From: Squalus acanthias
Taxonomy: Eukaryota
Assembly: GCA_030390025.1 (NCBI GenBank)
Contig: CM059432.1
Location: forward strand, 120,220,001 to 120,284,000
Reading direction: 5' to 3'
DNA length: 64,000 bases
The position numbers and the translations under genes were made by a program. Of this stretch, positions 27,112 through 37,709 are shown piece by piece (position 1 is the first letter of the stretch; the number at the start of each line of letters is the position of its first letter). The notes below the pieces were generated by a model. That model saw only the letters and a program-made list of their open reading frames with translations, was not told the DNA's origin and did not search any database.

Positions 27112-27815
27112 ATAGAATGATAGAACGTTTCAACACAGAAACTGGCCATCAGGCCATGAAGTCTACACCAGCCCTTGTCCCATTCCCCTGCTTGCTCTCC
27201 ATAGTTTCTAGCATTCTTCTTTTTCAAGCAACTGTTAAATTCCCTTTTATGACCTTTGTTTAAACAATCACTTGTAGCAGAGAATTCCATTTTATAACCA
27301 CCATCTGTGTAAATATTTTTTTTCTAACCTCCCTTTTAATTTTATTTGTGATTATGCTTAAATTTGTGTCCACTCAATGCTAGCTCGCTGATCAGTGGAA
27401 ACAATCTACCATTATTTACCCTATCATAACCCTTCATAATCTTGAAGATTTGTATCAGGTCACCCCTTAACATCGCTCAGTTCTATCTTTCGAAGACTCT
27501 TCATAACTTGGTAACTTCATAATTCTTGGTAACAACCCTGCATGAACCTTTTCCATTAGTGCTTACATCCTTTATAATGGGGTGTCCAAAGCTGTACAAA
27601 ATACACCAAATGAGACCTAATGAAGGTCACATACAAGTTCAACATTATCTCCTTGCTTTTGTATTCCACACCTCTAGATACAAAGCCAAAGATTCCGCGT
27701 CTTTTTTTTATGTCCTTAGCTACTTGTGCTGTCACTTTTAATGACCTGTGTACTGCACAAACAAGATCACTCTGCTCCTCTACAACATATAAAATCATAC
27801 TATTTAAGGTGTATA
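27112..27815 (-). mobile_element. CR1 LINE 3' fragment, old
   Basis: HRSLKV...GFVSRGVEYKSKEIMLNLY...VQLWTPHY; CR1 3' UTR and tail at ~27112-27165. Confidence 0.85.
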
Positions 27816-28225
27816 GTGAAACCTGTGAATTACAGACACCTAGGTGACTGGCATCTGCTATTTGTTTGTTGCAGGTGTCCATATTTTCCAAATAGTCATT
27901 TTACTGCATGTAGTTTTAGCCATATTGCATGTAGATAGTCATCAGTCGATCAATTTTGCCCGGTAAATACTCATATATTCCTGCAAACAAATCTCTTATT
28001 AAATTGTATTTTTATTTTCATAAATTATTAAGTGACCGAGCCCACTGGAAGCTCTCCCACACCATAGTATTGACCATGGACAGATTAGACCTGTAGCAGG
28101 AACACTATTTGGCATGAGAGCAGTGGGATTCATAGGCATCAAGAAGCTCAAGCTTATATTTCAGGATGCAAGAAACTTGAGTTTTACCACATGAGAAGGT
28201 TTTTGCCAACTCACGGCCACTTAAA

Positions 28226-28962
28226 GGGCTGGATTTTGATATTGGGGCGGGTTGGGGTCGTGTCATCCACTTTTCGTGTTATCCACCCGACTGCAATTGG
28301 ATGTGGGAGATTGATGCAATTTTCACCTAATTGGGCAATTGAGTTCCAGCATGTGGGAACCCATGAACCAATTAGTGTTTTCAGTCTGAAAGTCGCCTCT
28401 GATGATGTCATCATTGCTGCTGCATTGAAGGTCTTCAGAGACTGCCTGGCCTTTGCTGTGAGAGGACCTGGATGCAAAATCAGCAGCAGCCCTAAGTCTG
28501 CTCCCAGATATTTTTACACCACCACTCCCAGATATGTCTCCTCCCCATTCATCCATATATGCATCCATCCACATAGCTATCCATATATGCATCCCCATAG
28601 CCATCCATCCATCCATCCATCCATCCATCCATCCATCCATCCATCCATCCATCCATCCGGCTGTGCTCCCCGCCAGGTTTCACATTCATGGTTCAGAACA
28701 GGCGTGCTTCATGTAGAAAAAGGGTTAAAATCACAAAGGCCTTTCAAAATGGCATTATAGAGGCAATTTAGTGCTTGTTAAAGGCCTTAACAGCCTATCC
28801 CGCCTCTTAGAGGTGGGACAGAGTCGGGACCATCAGACACGATTTAATGAAAATTGCGTGGAGGCGGGATGGAGGCGGGCTTGTGCCCGCCCGCCAGTTT
28901 TCGCAATTTTAACCCCCCACACGCCTCCAAACCCACCTCCATGGGTCAATGAAAATCCAGCC
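28226..28962. mobile_element. Harbinger-type MITE containing a (CATC)n microsatellite at ~28600-28660
   Basis: Ends GGGCTGGATTTT / AAAATCCAGCC with GC-rich subterminal repeats. Confidence 0.7.
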
Positions 28963-29277
28963 GTTTGGTTGCCACAGTTGTGTGGATGGGTTCAGCAGCA
29001 ATTTTCTCAAATCTTTCCTGAAATTGACTTAAAACATATGCCTTACATTTCATGATCATTAGACACAGGGAAACCTAATTACAATCAGCCCCTTGTAATT
29101 AGGCACCGGTGACATTGCTCGTGAAAAGCTTTACTGGGGCCCGTGTCCCATGTTTTAAGGTGTAAAATTCACTAAGTAAATAGGGCTTGTTACATTGAAG
29201 GCTGTCTGTAGTCTGTAATTTGCGAGTGTCCATCATTTCAGAGTGTCTCTTGTATTTATTTATAATATAAAACATTT

Positions 29278-30168
29278 GGGGGAGAAATTCAGTATCGCCC
29301 CATTTGGGGCGCAATTATCGGCCGGGCGCAAAGTTTAGCGCCTGGCGCTAATTATCGCCTCCGACTGCAAACTTGACTTTTATCGCCCCTGGAGGTGATT
29401 GGAGCGCTAAATCAGGCGTTACACATCTGTCTTAAGGCGCAAAGGCCGAGGAGCGAGGCGCTAACTCAGAGCGCTGGTGAAGCTCATGTGATGTCAGTCA
29501 GCAATGGAATACAGACACAATGGCGCCGGCCAGTTCTTAAAGGGGAGGGTTGATCTTGCTTTCCATCCACATCCTTCTCATTGCAGACTTGAATCTCGGC
29601 CTGGAGAGACCAGTACATCAAATCTGCTGGAAAGAACAATGGAGAGTACCAGGGAAAGAGCTCAGAGAGCAGCCCCCAAAGTCTCTTCTAAATCGATACA
29701 AGGAAGGGCAAATCAAAATGAACCTGCAAAGTGCTGCTCAGTACCCAAAACTCCTTCAAACAGCATTGAATCTCTCCAGAAGTCTCTCTCTCTCTCTCAG
29801 AATGCGTGGTTCAAAAATGTCACAAACAAAAAAAGGCAGGAAGCAGTCGCCTTTAAATAGCGCTCCCCCAGTCCCTTCCTGACTGCAAAACGCTCCCCTC
29901 AACCTGTCGTTCCTAGCGGCAAGCGGTAAGGTAGGGGGCGCCACTCAATATCCGCACCGGGGCGCTACCGGGGCGATGCACACTCGCCTGACGTCACGAT
30001 CTGCCGACGCAGGAGATCGTGGCGGTAGTGTTTAGCACCGCCGCAAAATGTCTAGTTAATTTCGCGAGCGGCGCAAACATCGTCGCGCCCGGGCGCTAGT
30101 TGCTTTGCGCCCCATTAGCGCCCTCTTAAGGCGCTAACAGGTGGCGCAACCAACTGAATTTTTCCCCC
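29278..30168 (-). mobile_element. Non-autonomous deletion derivative (~890 bp) of the 32942-37689 Harbinger, in opposite orientation
   Basis: 29278-29500 matches the reverse complement of 37470-37689, and 29990-30168 matches the reverse complement of 32942-33120. TIR GGGGGA(G/A)AAATTCAGT. Confidence 0.92.
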
Positions 30169-30433
30169 CTTGGTACTGTCATGAAGCGTCCCTATTTTAC
30201 GGTTGTCCATTGTTTGCCAGTGTCTGTAGCACCAGGTTTCATTGTATTTAATTTCCTGTTCTTATTTCTAAAATACATTACTTCACACTGAACTGCATTT
30301 GCCCATCCTGCATCCATCTATGTCCACCTCTGATCTTTCACTATTCCTATCACAATTTGCCACATCTTCCAATTTGGTGTCATCAAAAAATTCCGATATT
30401 GTTCTCTCAGTTCCTAAATCCAGATTATATATA

Positions 30434-30960
30434 TAGAATCATACAGCACAAAAAGAGGCCATTTGGCCCATTGTGCCTGTGCCGGCTCATTAAAAAAGCT
30501 ATCCGATTAGTCCCACTCCCCTGCTCTTTGCCCATAGCCCTGCAATTTATTTTCCTTTTCAAGTATTTATCCAATTCCCTTTTGAAAATTACTATTGAAT
30601 CTGCTGCCACCAACTTTTCAAGCAGTGCATTTCAGATCATAACAACTTGCTGCATAAAAAAATTCTCATCTCCCCTTTGGTTCTTTTGCCAATTATCTTA
30701 AATCTGTGTCCTCTGGTTATCGACCCTCCTGCCAGTGGAAAAAGTTTCTCCCTATGTACTCTATCAAAAGCCTCCTTAATTTTGAACACTTCTATTAAAT
30801 CTCTGCTTAACCTTCTCTGCTCTAAGAAGAACAATCCCAGCTTCACCAGTCTCCCCACATAACCAAAGTCCCTTATGCCTGGGACCATTCTAGTAAATCT
30901 CCTCTGCACCCTCTCCAAAGCATTGACATCCTTCCTAAAGTGTGGTGCCCAGAATTGTAC
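30434..30960 (-). mobile_element. CR1 LINE 3' fragment
   Basis: ERVQRRFTRMVPG...LEQRRLSRDLIEVFK; 3' UTR AATGGGCCAAATGGCCT. Confidence 0.92.
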
Positions 30961-31234
30961 ATAAATGCCCCGGTATTAACTTAGAGGCACATTGGAAGCG
31001 GAGGGCTTCAATATCGCATGGGAAATCCGGAAGTAAGTTCAGCGCGTCTGTCTGTGGCATTTTAACACAGGTACCTCATTAGCATTTTACTTACGGGTTT
31101 GACGTTGATTGTGCGGCAGTGGCCATGATGTGGACCCGCATGATACAATCTCAACTCTAGTAGTTAAAGGGCTAATGCAAATATGAAATTTGGAGGAGTT
31201 GGGAGTTGGCAGCAAGAGTGGAAGAACTTTGACA

Positions 31235-32470
31235 ATGGATTCAGAACGGTCAAAGGTTGCGTCCCAAAGTAATGATGCCTCCTTTGATGCACTGCTGGGG
31301 GCAGTGAGGAGCCATAGAGAGATAATCTTCCCCAGCAACGGGAGGAAGAAACCTGCTGCTGCCACAAAGAAGGGGCGTGTTGCCATGCTTCTGGATTCAG
31401 TGCAGGAAGCGCTTTAATTACCTAACCAGGTCAGGAAAAGTGAGTGCAGTTGCACATTCACCTACACCCTGCTGTGCACATCACTACCCCACCACCCCAA
31501 CTCTGCCTTGTCAAGCCTACTCCATCACATCACTCCTCACACCCATTTACCTTGTACCCATTCTTCTCTGTCTATGCACTTCCTCATATCCCATCTAATC
31601 ATCCACCACTGCCACTCACCCTCATCCTTTTGCAATTTGATGCCTCTCCCTGATAATCACCCTCACCAAATGCACTGGATCCATCAGGTGAACACATGAC
31701 TTTACAGTCATTCATAGGTCTCTTCTTTCCCCTGTTGCAGGAGAAGAGAGCACAGAACACCAGGGAGAGGCAGAGAACTGGATGTGGGCCTCCACAGATC
31801 TCACAACTGACAACTGGCGAGGAGGAAGCACGAGAGATCAGTGGTGTCTCGGCGTCCCTGACCATCGGAGATGGGGAGATGGAGTCCTCCCAGCTACTCG
31901 GTGACAGAATGAAATATAATGCACACACATGTCATACAACTCTCAGTCATACTGACTTGATTTCAGCAGCGAATGAAACATGATCATCTTCATAATGATA
32001 AGGTGCAACATTCCTACCTTGCCACGACTCATTCATGTATTTTTTCTCCGACAGGGCCTTTGTGTATGCAGCAGGAGTCCATGGACCTCGCGGAAGACAA
32101 ATCCTCAGAGGAGTTTATTCCTCTGAGGGTGCACTATCACATGACTCGTGCTTACCATGCACCAGCTCAGATACTTGCACTTCAGTAGGACCAGTTAGAC
32201 AGGTAGTTGGGTATTCACCTGGTGACTGACACTTCAGAAGTGAGCAAGAGCAGACAGTGGTGGCAGCGACAGCTGTGGCGAGTCCGCGTTGGAGGGCACA
32301 GCCCCCTCGACGCTCTGCTCAGCTGGACACAGATGCTGAACACCGGGGGCCATCGATGAAAAGGATAATCATTGAGGAGCACTAGAAAATATAAGATGTA
32401 CTGACAGGCTTTCCAAGCATACTGTCCAAGACTGCAGAGAGAATGGTGGAGTCCACCTCAAGCATGTCAG
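31235..32470 (+). pseudogene. Harbinger Myb-protein gene remnant (exons ~31235-31439, 31741-31900, 32055-32470)
   Basis: MDSERSKVA...ASFDALLGAV, WIQCRKRFNYLTRSGK|GT, AG|EKRAQNTRERQRTGCGP; same intron positions as the other copies. Confidence 0.78.
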
Positions 32471-32744
32471 GAACCATATCTGTCAACCTGAGGCGGGAGC
32501 TGAGTGGCCATTGCTCCAGCTGACTAATTGACAGCATGAAATGTACTATAAAAGCTCCCACCTCACAGCCGATTATTTTACTCAGGCGGAAGTTGTTGCT
32601 GACTGCATTCCCAGCACAGATTTAGCTTTCTAAGGCTGCAAGTGTTCCCAGCAAAGTCGCCATCCAGTCTCACCTCATTGGTAGAACATAGCAGACCATT
32701 GACAGATCGCTTCTGTCATCTCTACTTGACCTGTCATCTATTCC

Positions 32745-32941
32745 TGGAATTCGCTGGCGACGGAAGTGGTGGAAGCAGGGACACTATGTTTTCAAGGAGA
32801 GACTGGATAGGCACTTGAGGAAATATACTTGCAGACCTACGGGGATAGAGTGGGGGAATGGGACTGATTGGATTGCTCTACAGAGACCCGGCACGGACTC
32901 GATGGGCCGAATGGCCTCCTTTTGTGCCGTTAGGACTCTAT
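32745..32941 (+). mobile_element. Short CR1 3' fragment (tail continues at 37690-37703)
   Basis: TGGAATTCGCTG...GATGGGCCGAATGGCCTCCT... followed by a GACTCTAT tail; duplicated TCTATTCC at 32737-32744 and 37696-37703. Confidence 0.85.
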
Positions 32942-33259
32942 GGGGGAAAAATTCAGTTGGTTTGCGCCTCCCTTTAGCACCTTAAGAGGGCGCTAATGGG
33001 GCGCAAAGCAACTAGCGCCCGGGCGCGGCGATGTCTGCGCCGCTCGCGAAATTGACAAGACATTTTGCGGCGGCGCTAAACAATACTGCCCCGATCTCCT
33101 GCGCCCGCAGATCTTGACGTCATTCAAGCGTGCAATGCCCTTGTGGCGCCCCGGACCGGATATTGAGTGGCGCCCCCCTCCTTTCTGCCTGGTGCAAGCA
33201 ACGACAGGTAGACTGGAACGTTTCCCAGTCGGTGAGGGGCTGGGGTGGGGGGGGAGCGC

Positions 33260-33267
33260 TATTTAAA
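33260..33267 (+). promoter_or_regulatory. TATA-like box (TATTTAAA) of the transposase promoter
   Basis: The same motif lies ~200 bp upstream of the transposase start in divergent copies (~6279+, ~11070-, ~29852-, ~55089+). Confidence 0.6.
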
Positions 33268-33458
33268 CGCGGCCTCTTCCTGGCTTTTTCTGTGGTAGAC
33301 ATTTTTGCACCACTCATTCTGACAGAGAGAGAGATTCTGAGAGAGAGAAGGAGAGACTTCTGCATAGAGTCAACGCTGTGTGAAGTAGTTTTGGCTACTG
33401 AGCATCACTTTGCAGGTTCTTTTCGATTTGACCTTCATTACTTCGATTGCCAAGAGAC

Positions 33459-34619
33459 TTGGGGGCTGCACTGATTCGGGGCATCGTCCTGCGCCTGCAG
33501 AATCGGAGGCATCAGAGACGCAGAGAGAGAGTGGCAATCATGGCCAGAGGGAGGAGGGCCAACAGGCCTCTGCACAGGAGACCTTACCCTCCCAGGTTAT
33601 TTTGCCAACAATTCTCCTGCATTCATTTGTCTGAGGAGCAGTGTTTGAGCAGGCTGCGCTTCAGCAAGGAGGTGGTCACTGAGCTCTGCCACCTGCTGCA
33701 GCCAGATCTGCAGCCTCTACTGAGGAGCAGGACGTCTCTGTCAGTGGCAGTGAAGATCACAGTGGCTCTGAACTTTTATGCCACCGGCTCCTTTCAAGCA
33801 GCTACTGGGGACATCGCCAATATCTCCCAGTTCACGGTCCATTGCTGCATCCGTCAGGTCACAAATGCCCTCTATAAAAGGAGACGCCAGTACATCTCTT
33901 TACCGATGACCCGGGTCAAACAGCATGAATGCGCATTGGGCTTTGCGAGGATAGCGGGCTTCCCCATGGTGCAGGGCGACATTGACTGCATGCATGTGGC
34001 ATTGCGTGCACCGCATGAGAATGCAGAGGATTTCCGCAACCGCAAGGGATTCCACTCCTTAAACGTCCAGTTGGTCTGTGACTACAGACAGCTGATACTC
34101 GCTGTCAATGTCCGCTATCCTGGTAGCAGCCACGATGCATTCATCCTGCGCCAGACTGCTGTGGCAGAACTTTTCCAGGCACCGCATCACCCAAGTGGTT
34201 GGCTCCTCGGAGACAAGGTTTATCCACTGTGCACCTGGCTGATGACACCGCTCCGTAACCCCAACACCCCTGCTGAGCTGCGGTACAATGAGAGCCATCT
34301 CGCCACCAGGAACATCATTGAGCAGACGATCGGCGTGCTTAAGCAACGGTCCCGCTGTCTGGACCACTCAGGAGGAGCCCTGCAGTACTCACCTGAGCGA
34401 GTCTCCCTCTTCATAGTTGTGTGCTGCATGCTGCATAACCTGGCAATCCTCAGGACCCAGCCAATGCCACCAGGCCTTGGAGCACCACCAGAGGAGGAGG
34501 AGGAAGAGGAGGAGGAAGAGGAGGAGGATGATCATCAGCAGCACCAAGGCGGGAGGGAGGCCCACAATGTTGAAACTGGAAGGGCCGTCCGTCAACGGCT
34601 GATAGCAAGCCGCTTCTAG
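33459..34619 (+). CDS. Harbinger DDE transposase (HARBI1-family), uninterrupted frame; the homologous start position is TTG and the first ATG is at 33540
   Basis: Single open frame with [63 protein letters not shown] and an acidic tail. Confidence 0.9.
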   Translation: MGAALIRGIVLRLQNRRHQRRRERVAIMARGRRANRPLHRRPYPPRLFCQQFSCIHLSEEQCLSRLRFSKEVVTELCHLLQPDLQPLLRSRTSLSVAVKITVALNFYATGSFQAATGDIANISQFTVHCCIRQVTNALYKRRRQYISLPMTRVKQHECALGFARIAGFPMVQGDIDCMHVALRAPHENAEDFRNRKGFHSLNVQLVCDYRQLILAVNVRYPGSSHDAFILRQTAVAELFQAPHHPSGWLLGDKVYPLCTWLMTPLRNPNTPAELRYNESHLATRNIIEQTIGVLKQRSRCLDHSGGALQYSPERVSLFIVVCCMLHNLAILRTQPMPPGLGAPPEEEEEEEEEEEEDDHQQHQGGREAHNVETGRAVRQRLIASRF

Positions 34620-35239
34620 GCCCCTGCTGAGGAAATGGCTTCTGCCATTGAGAACAACATGAATGAAACCAACCCGCAACCCTTAAGCCGGCCAAGGCAC
34701 CAATGACTCCAAAGACCAAACATGTACATTTTGAATACAAAAACTTATTTATTTTACAAACTCTGTGTGTGTCATTTCTTCATGACAAACTAATAGAAAG
34801 AAACACAAAAAAACAGTCATTAACATAACTAGTTCTCACAACCTAGAGATAATGTCCAAAACACTAATCAAAAGTTTGAACACGAACCTCGGCCTTTAAT
34901 AAAAAATTGACAAACATTTTGTCACACCTCCTACTTTTTGCCCTTCGAGGGTGATCTCCTTCCCTTGCACACTTCCCCCCTTCCCACCCTACTGCTCCTC
35001 CGTAATGGGGCCCCAGTGGCTGCAGCAAGGCTGGTGGAAGGCTGCTGATTGTCAGAACCTGAGACTGCAGATGCCCTTGAAGGACGGCCTCGACCAGCTC
35101 TGGGCCTGGAGGGCTTGGAGGGCCCGGCTGCAGACTGCACCAACTCTGCATGGGCGGCAGCAGTCTGGGCTACAGGCGGTGGCAAGTGCAATGGGGAAGT
35201 GACAGTGGTGGTAGCAGGAATGCTGTCATCTTGAGAGAG

Positions 35240-35748
35240 TTGAGAGGTCGCACAACACCAGGTTATAGTCCAACAGTTTTATTTGAAATCACAAGCTTTC
35301 AGAGCTATCGATTGCCCCTTCCTCAGGTGAAGTAAATAGATACAGAATCGCCAAAGCATATATAGATAGAGAACAAAGCATGTGTACCTTACAATTGCAA
35401 ACAACTAAATTAAATCATCCTGACTATCTGCCGAGGTGTGATAAAGTTAATCAGGTCAGCCAGGAAGGTACCACATCAAAGACATAGTAAGATACAACTG
35501 AGACAATGAGGTGGAGTCGCAGGGGGTCTAACGTGTCAAAAGCTGCCGTCTGTATGTAAAACGAAAAGCTTTAAAATTTTTACTCTATCTATATATGCTT
35601 TGGCGATTCTGTATCTATTTACTTCACCTGAGGAAGGGGCAATCGATAGCTCCGAAAGCTTGTGATTTCAAATAAAACTGTTGGACTATAACCTGGTGTT
35701 GTGCGACCTCTCAATTTTGTCCACCCCAGTCCAACACCGGCATCTCCG
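35240..35748 (+). mobile_element. Penelope-like non-autonomous cassette with inverted pseudo-LTRs
   Basis: ~132-bp inverted arms 35240-35371 and 35583-35714 plus a 34-nt 3' extension; 13-bp TSD CATCTTGAGAGAG (35227-35239 and 35749-35761). Confidence 0.85.
35624..35665 (+). ncRNA. Minimal type I hammerhead ribozyme motif (inverted copy at ~35289-35330 on -)
   Basis: TCAC-CTGAGGA-A-GGGGC(AATCGATA)GCTCC-GAAA-GCTT-GTGA: CUGANGA and GAAA cores, stem I TCAC/GTGA, stem II, palindromic AAGCTT stem III. Confidence 0.75.
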
Positions 35749-36797
35749 CATCTTGAGAGAGGACAGCAACTCCCTGCTCGACCGACACACTGGCACTCCC
35801 ACGGGGCAGAACCTCAGCATCCAGAGCAATCTGCTGGAGCACAGATTGCTGGCCTGCTGCGGCGCGGTGAGAGCCCCGGGGAAATGTGTACGAACCGGCG
35901 AGAATGGCAGCAGTCAGTGCTTGTGTGGCCTCAATCTGAGTCTGCATGAGAGCAGTCTGAGATGGGTTCATGGCAGCCAGTGACTGAATTGCAGCACTAA
36001 GCTTTAGCGTGGCATCCACCTGTGCTACAGCGAAATGCTCGACACTCCTTGCCAGTGATTCAATGCATTCGGGCACCCTCCCCACTGCACCCATGAGCTC
36101 AGTGTGCATGTCCACTGCCTGGGTGTTCGTTTCAGTGATGAGCCGCTCCTCCTCTGCATCCAGTGCAGTAGGACTCGCTGGCCTACTCTCCCTCCGGGGA
36201 GAAGGCCCCCGAGCTTCCCTACCCCCATCGCGTTGCTGCAGCCCGCTAGGTCCTGGAGCTTCACCCTCATCAGACCCTTCCCCCCTGCTCCCCTCCAGGG
36301 AAGGCGTGTTCCCAGTGTGGGCATGGGCTTCCTCGGGAGAGGGTGGCGCTGATGCTCTGGCTTCCTCTTCCTCCTCGCCTGCAGCTTCACTCCCACTGGC
36401 ATCATGAGGGCCCGTCTCCTCAGCTGTTGAATCACCATCTGAAAGCAGGGAGGTACAAGAGTGGCTTTAGCGTGAGGACAGGAGGGCAGTAAGGGAGGAA
36501 TGAGTGCAGCGATTTAGTAAGTTGGATTGAAAGTGTCAAAGGCTGGTGTTGTGAGGGACAAATGGAAGTAGAGAGGACAAAAAGGTGATGACCTTACCAT
36601 TGCTTTCCAGAACGGGGTCGGCCTCTCCAGGGGCGACGGGTCCGATCACCTGGCTTGCCACAATCCTGTGGATGCATGCCTCAAGATCGCTGAGGGGTTG
36701 GAGCTGAGGCCACCCTCCACCCGTCCGTTGCTGCTGTCTCCTATTATGAGATAGCTTGGCCTGCAAGAAAAAGGACGGCGTCTGAGTAAATATACAA

Positions 36798-36958
36798 CCA
36801 TGGTCTTGCCTGATGTGCCTTCCATAATTGAATAGCCCTTACTGTATGCAGCCATGGTCTTGCCTGATGTGCCTCCCATAATTGAATAGCCCTTACTGTA
36901 TGCAGCCATGGTCTTGCCTGATGTGCCTCCCATAGGTGAATAGCCCTTACTGTATGCA
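36798..36958. repeat. 54-bp unit x3 tandem repeat in Myb intron 1
   Basis: CCATGGTCTTGCCTGATGTGCCT... starts at 36798, 36852 and 36906. Confidence 0.93.
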
Positions 36959-37709
36959 ATGTGTGGAATGTTCGTGTGTGTTTCATGAGAGGGCCACAGG
37001 TGTTGGATGAGTGTTGGGCATTGGGGTTTTAAGACCCTCTGGCCATTGAGTGAGGTTGAGATGAAGGGATCGATAGGCATTGAAAAAAAGCCACTCACCC
37101 TGACGACCCGAGTGAGGTCGTTGAACTTTTTTCGACATTGAGTATGGGTCCTGGGCACCATGCTCCTGGAGGAGACGCTCTGTGCCACCTCCCTCCACAC
37201 TCTTCTGTACTCGCGCGCCAAAGGCCTCCTGCCACTCTCTGGGTACAGTATTGATCTTCTGCGCTCCGCCGTGCCAACCAGAGCCTCCAAGGCCCGCTCG
37301 CTGAAGCGCTGAGCTCGTTCTCTCATCCTCTCCATAGTCCTTGGCTGGAAGATTTAGGCACAGGTCTCTCCAGGCTGAGATTCAAGGCTCCAATGAGCAG
37401 GGTGTGGCTGGAGAGCAAGATCGGCCCTCCCCACTGTCCAGCGCCAGTGTGTCTGTGTCCCATCGCTAACTGACATCACCTGCGCTGCGCCCGCGCTCTG
37501 AGTTAGCGCCTCGCTCCTCGGCCTTTGTGCCTTAAGACAGGTGTGTAGCGCCTGATTTAGTGCTCCAATCACCTCCAGGGGCGATAAAAGCCAAGTTTGC
37601 AGTTGGAGGCGATAATTAGCGCCAGGCGCTAAACTTTGCGCACGGCCGATAATCGCGCCCCAAACAGGGCGATACTGAATTTTTCCCCCTATGACTCTAT
37701 TCCATCAGC

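Larger units (their letters stand above)
34931..37335 (-). pseudogene. Harbinger Myb/SANT-like gene, exons 37335-37099, 36760-36598, 36438-34931; exon 3 interrupted at 35240-35748
   Basis: MERMRERAQRFSERALEALV...RTHTQCRKKFNDLTRVVR with canonical GT-AG sites. Exon phases (237 nt, 163 nt) put exon 3 in frame with ORF 35711-36115 and, once the insert is removed, with 34931-35191. Confidence 0.88.
32942..37689 (+). mobile_element. Near-intact autonomous PIF/Harbinger transposon
   Basis: Perfect 16-bp TIRs GGGGGAAAAATTCAGT / ACTGAATTTTTCCCCC, TAT TSD (32939-32941 and 37690-37692), convergent transposase and Myb genes. Confidence 0.96.

Noticed and set aside
28323..28716. ORFs with MDGW/HPSI repeats
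   Set aside because: Translation of a (CATC)n microsatellite inside a MITE.
33447..34619. Domesticated host gene HARBI1 (and NAIF1/MSANTD for the Myb ORFs)
   Set aside because: The ORFs lie within TIRs and a TSD and have multiple decayed relatives nearby, so they are transposon genes and no host symbol is assigned.
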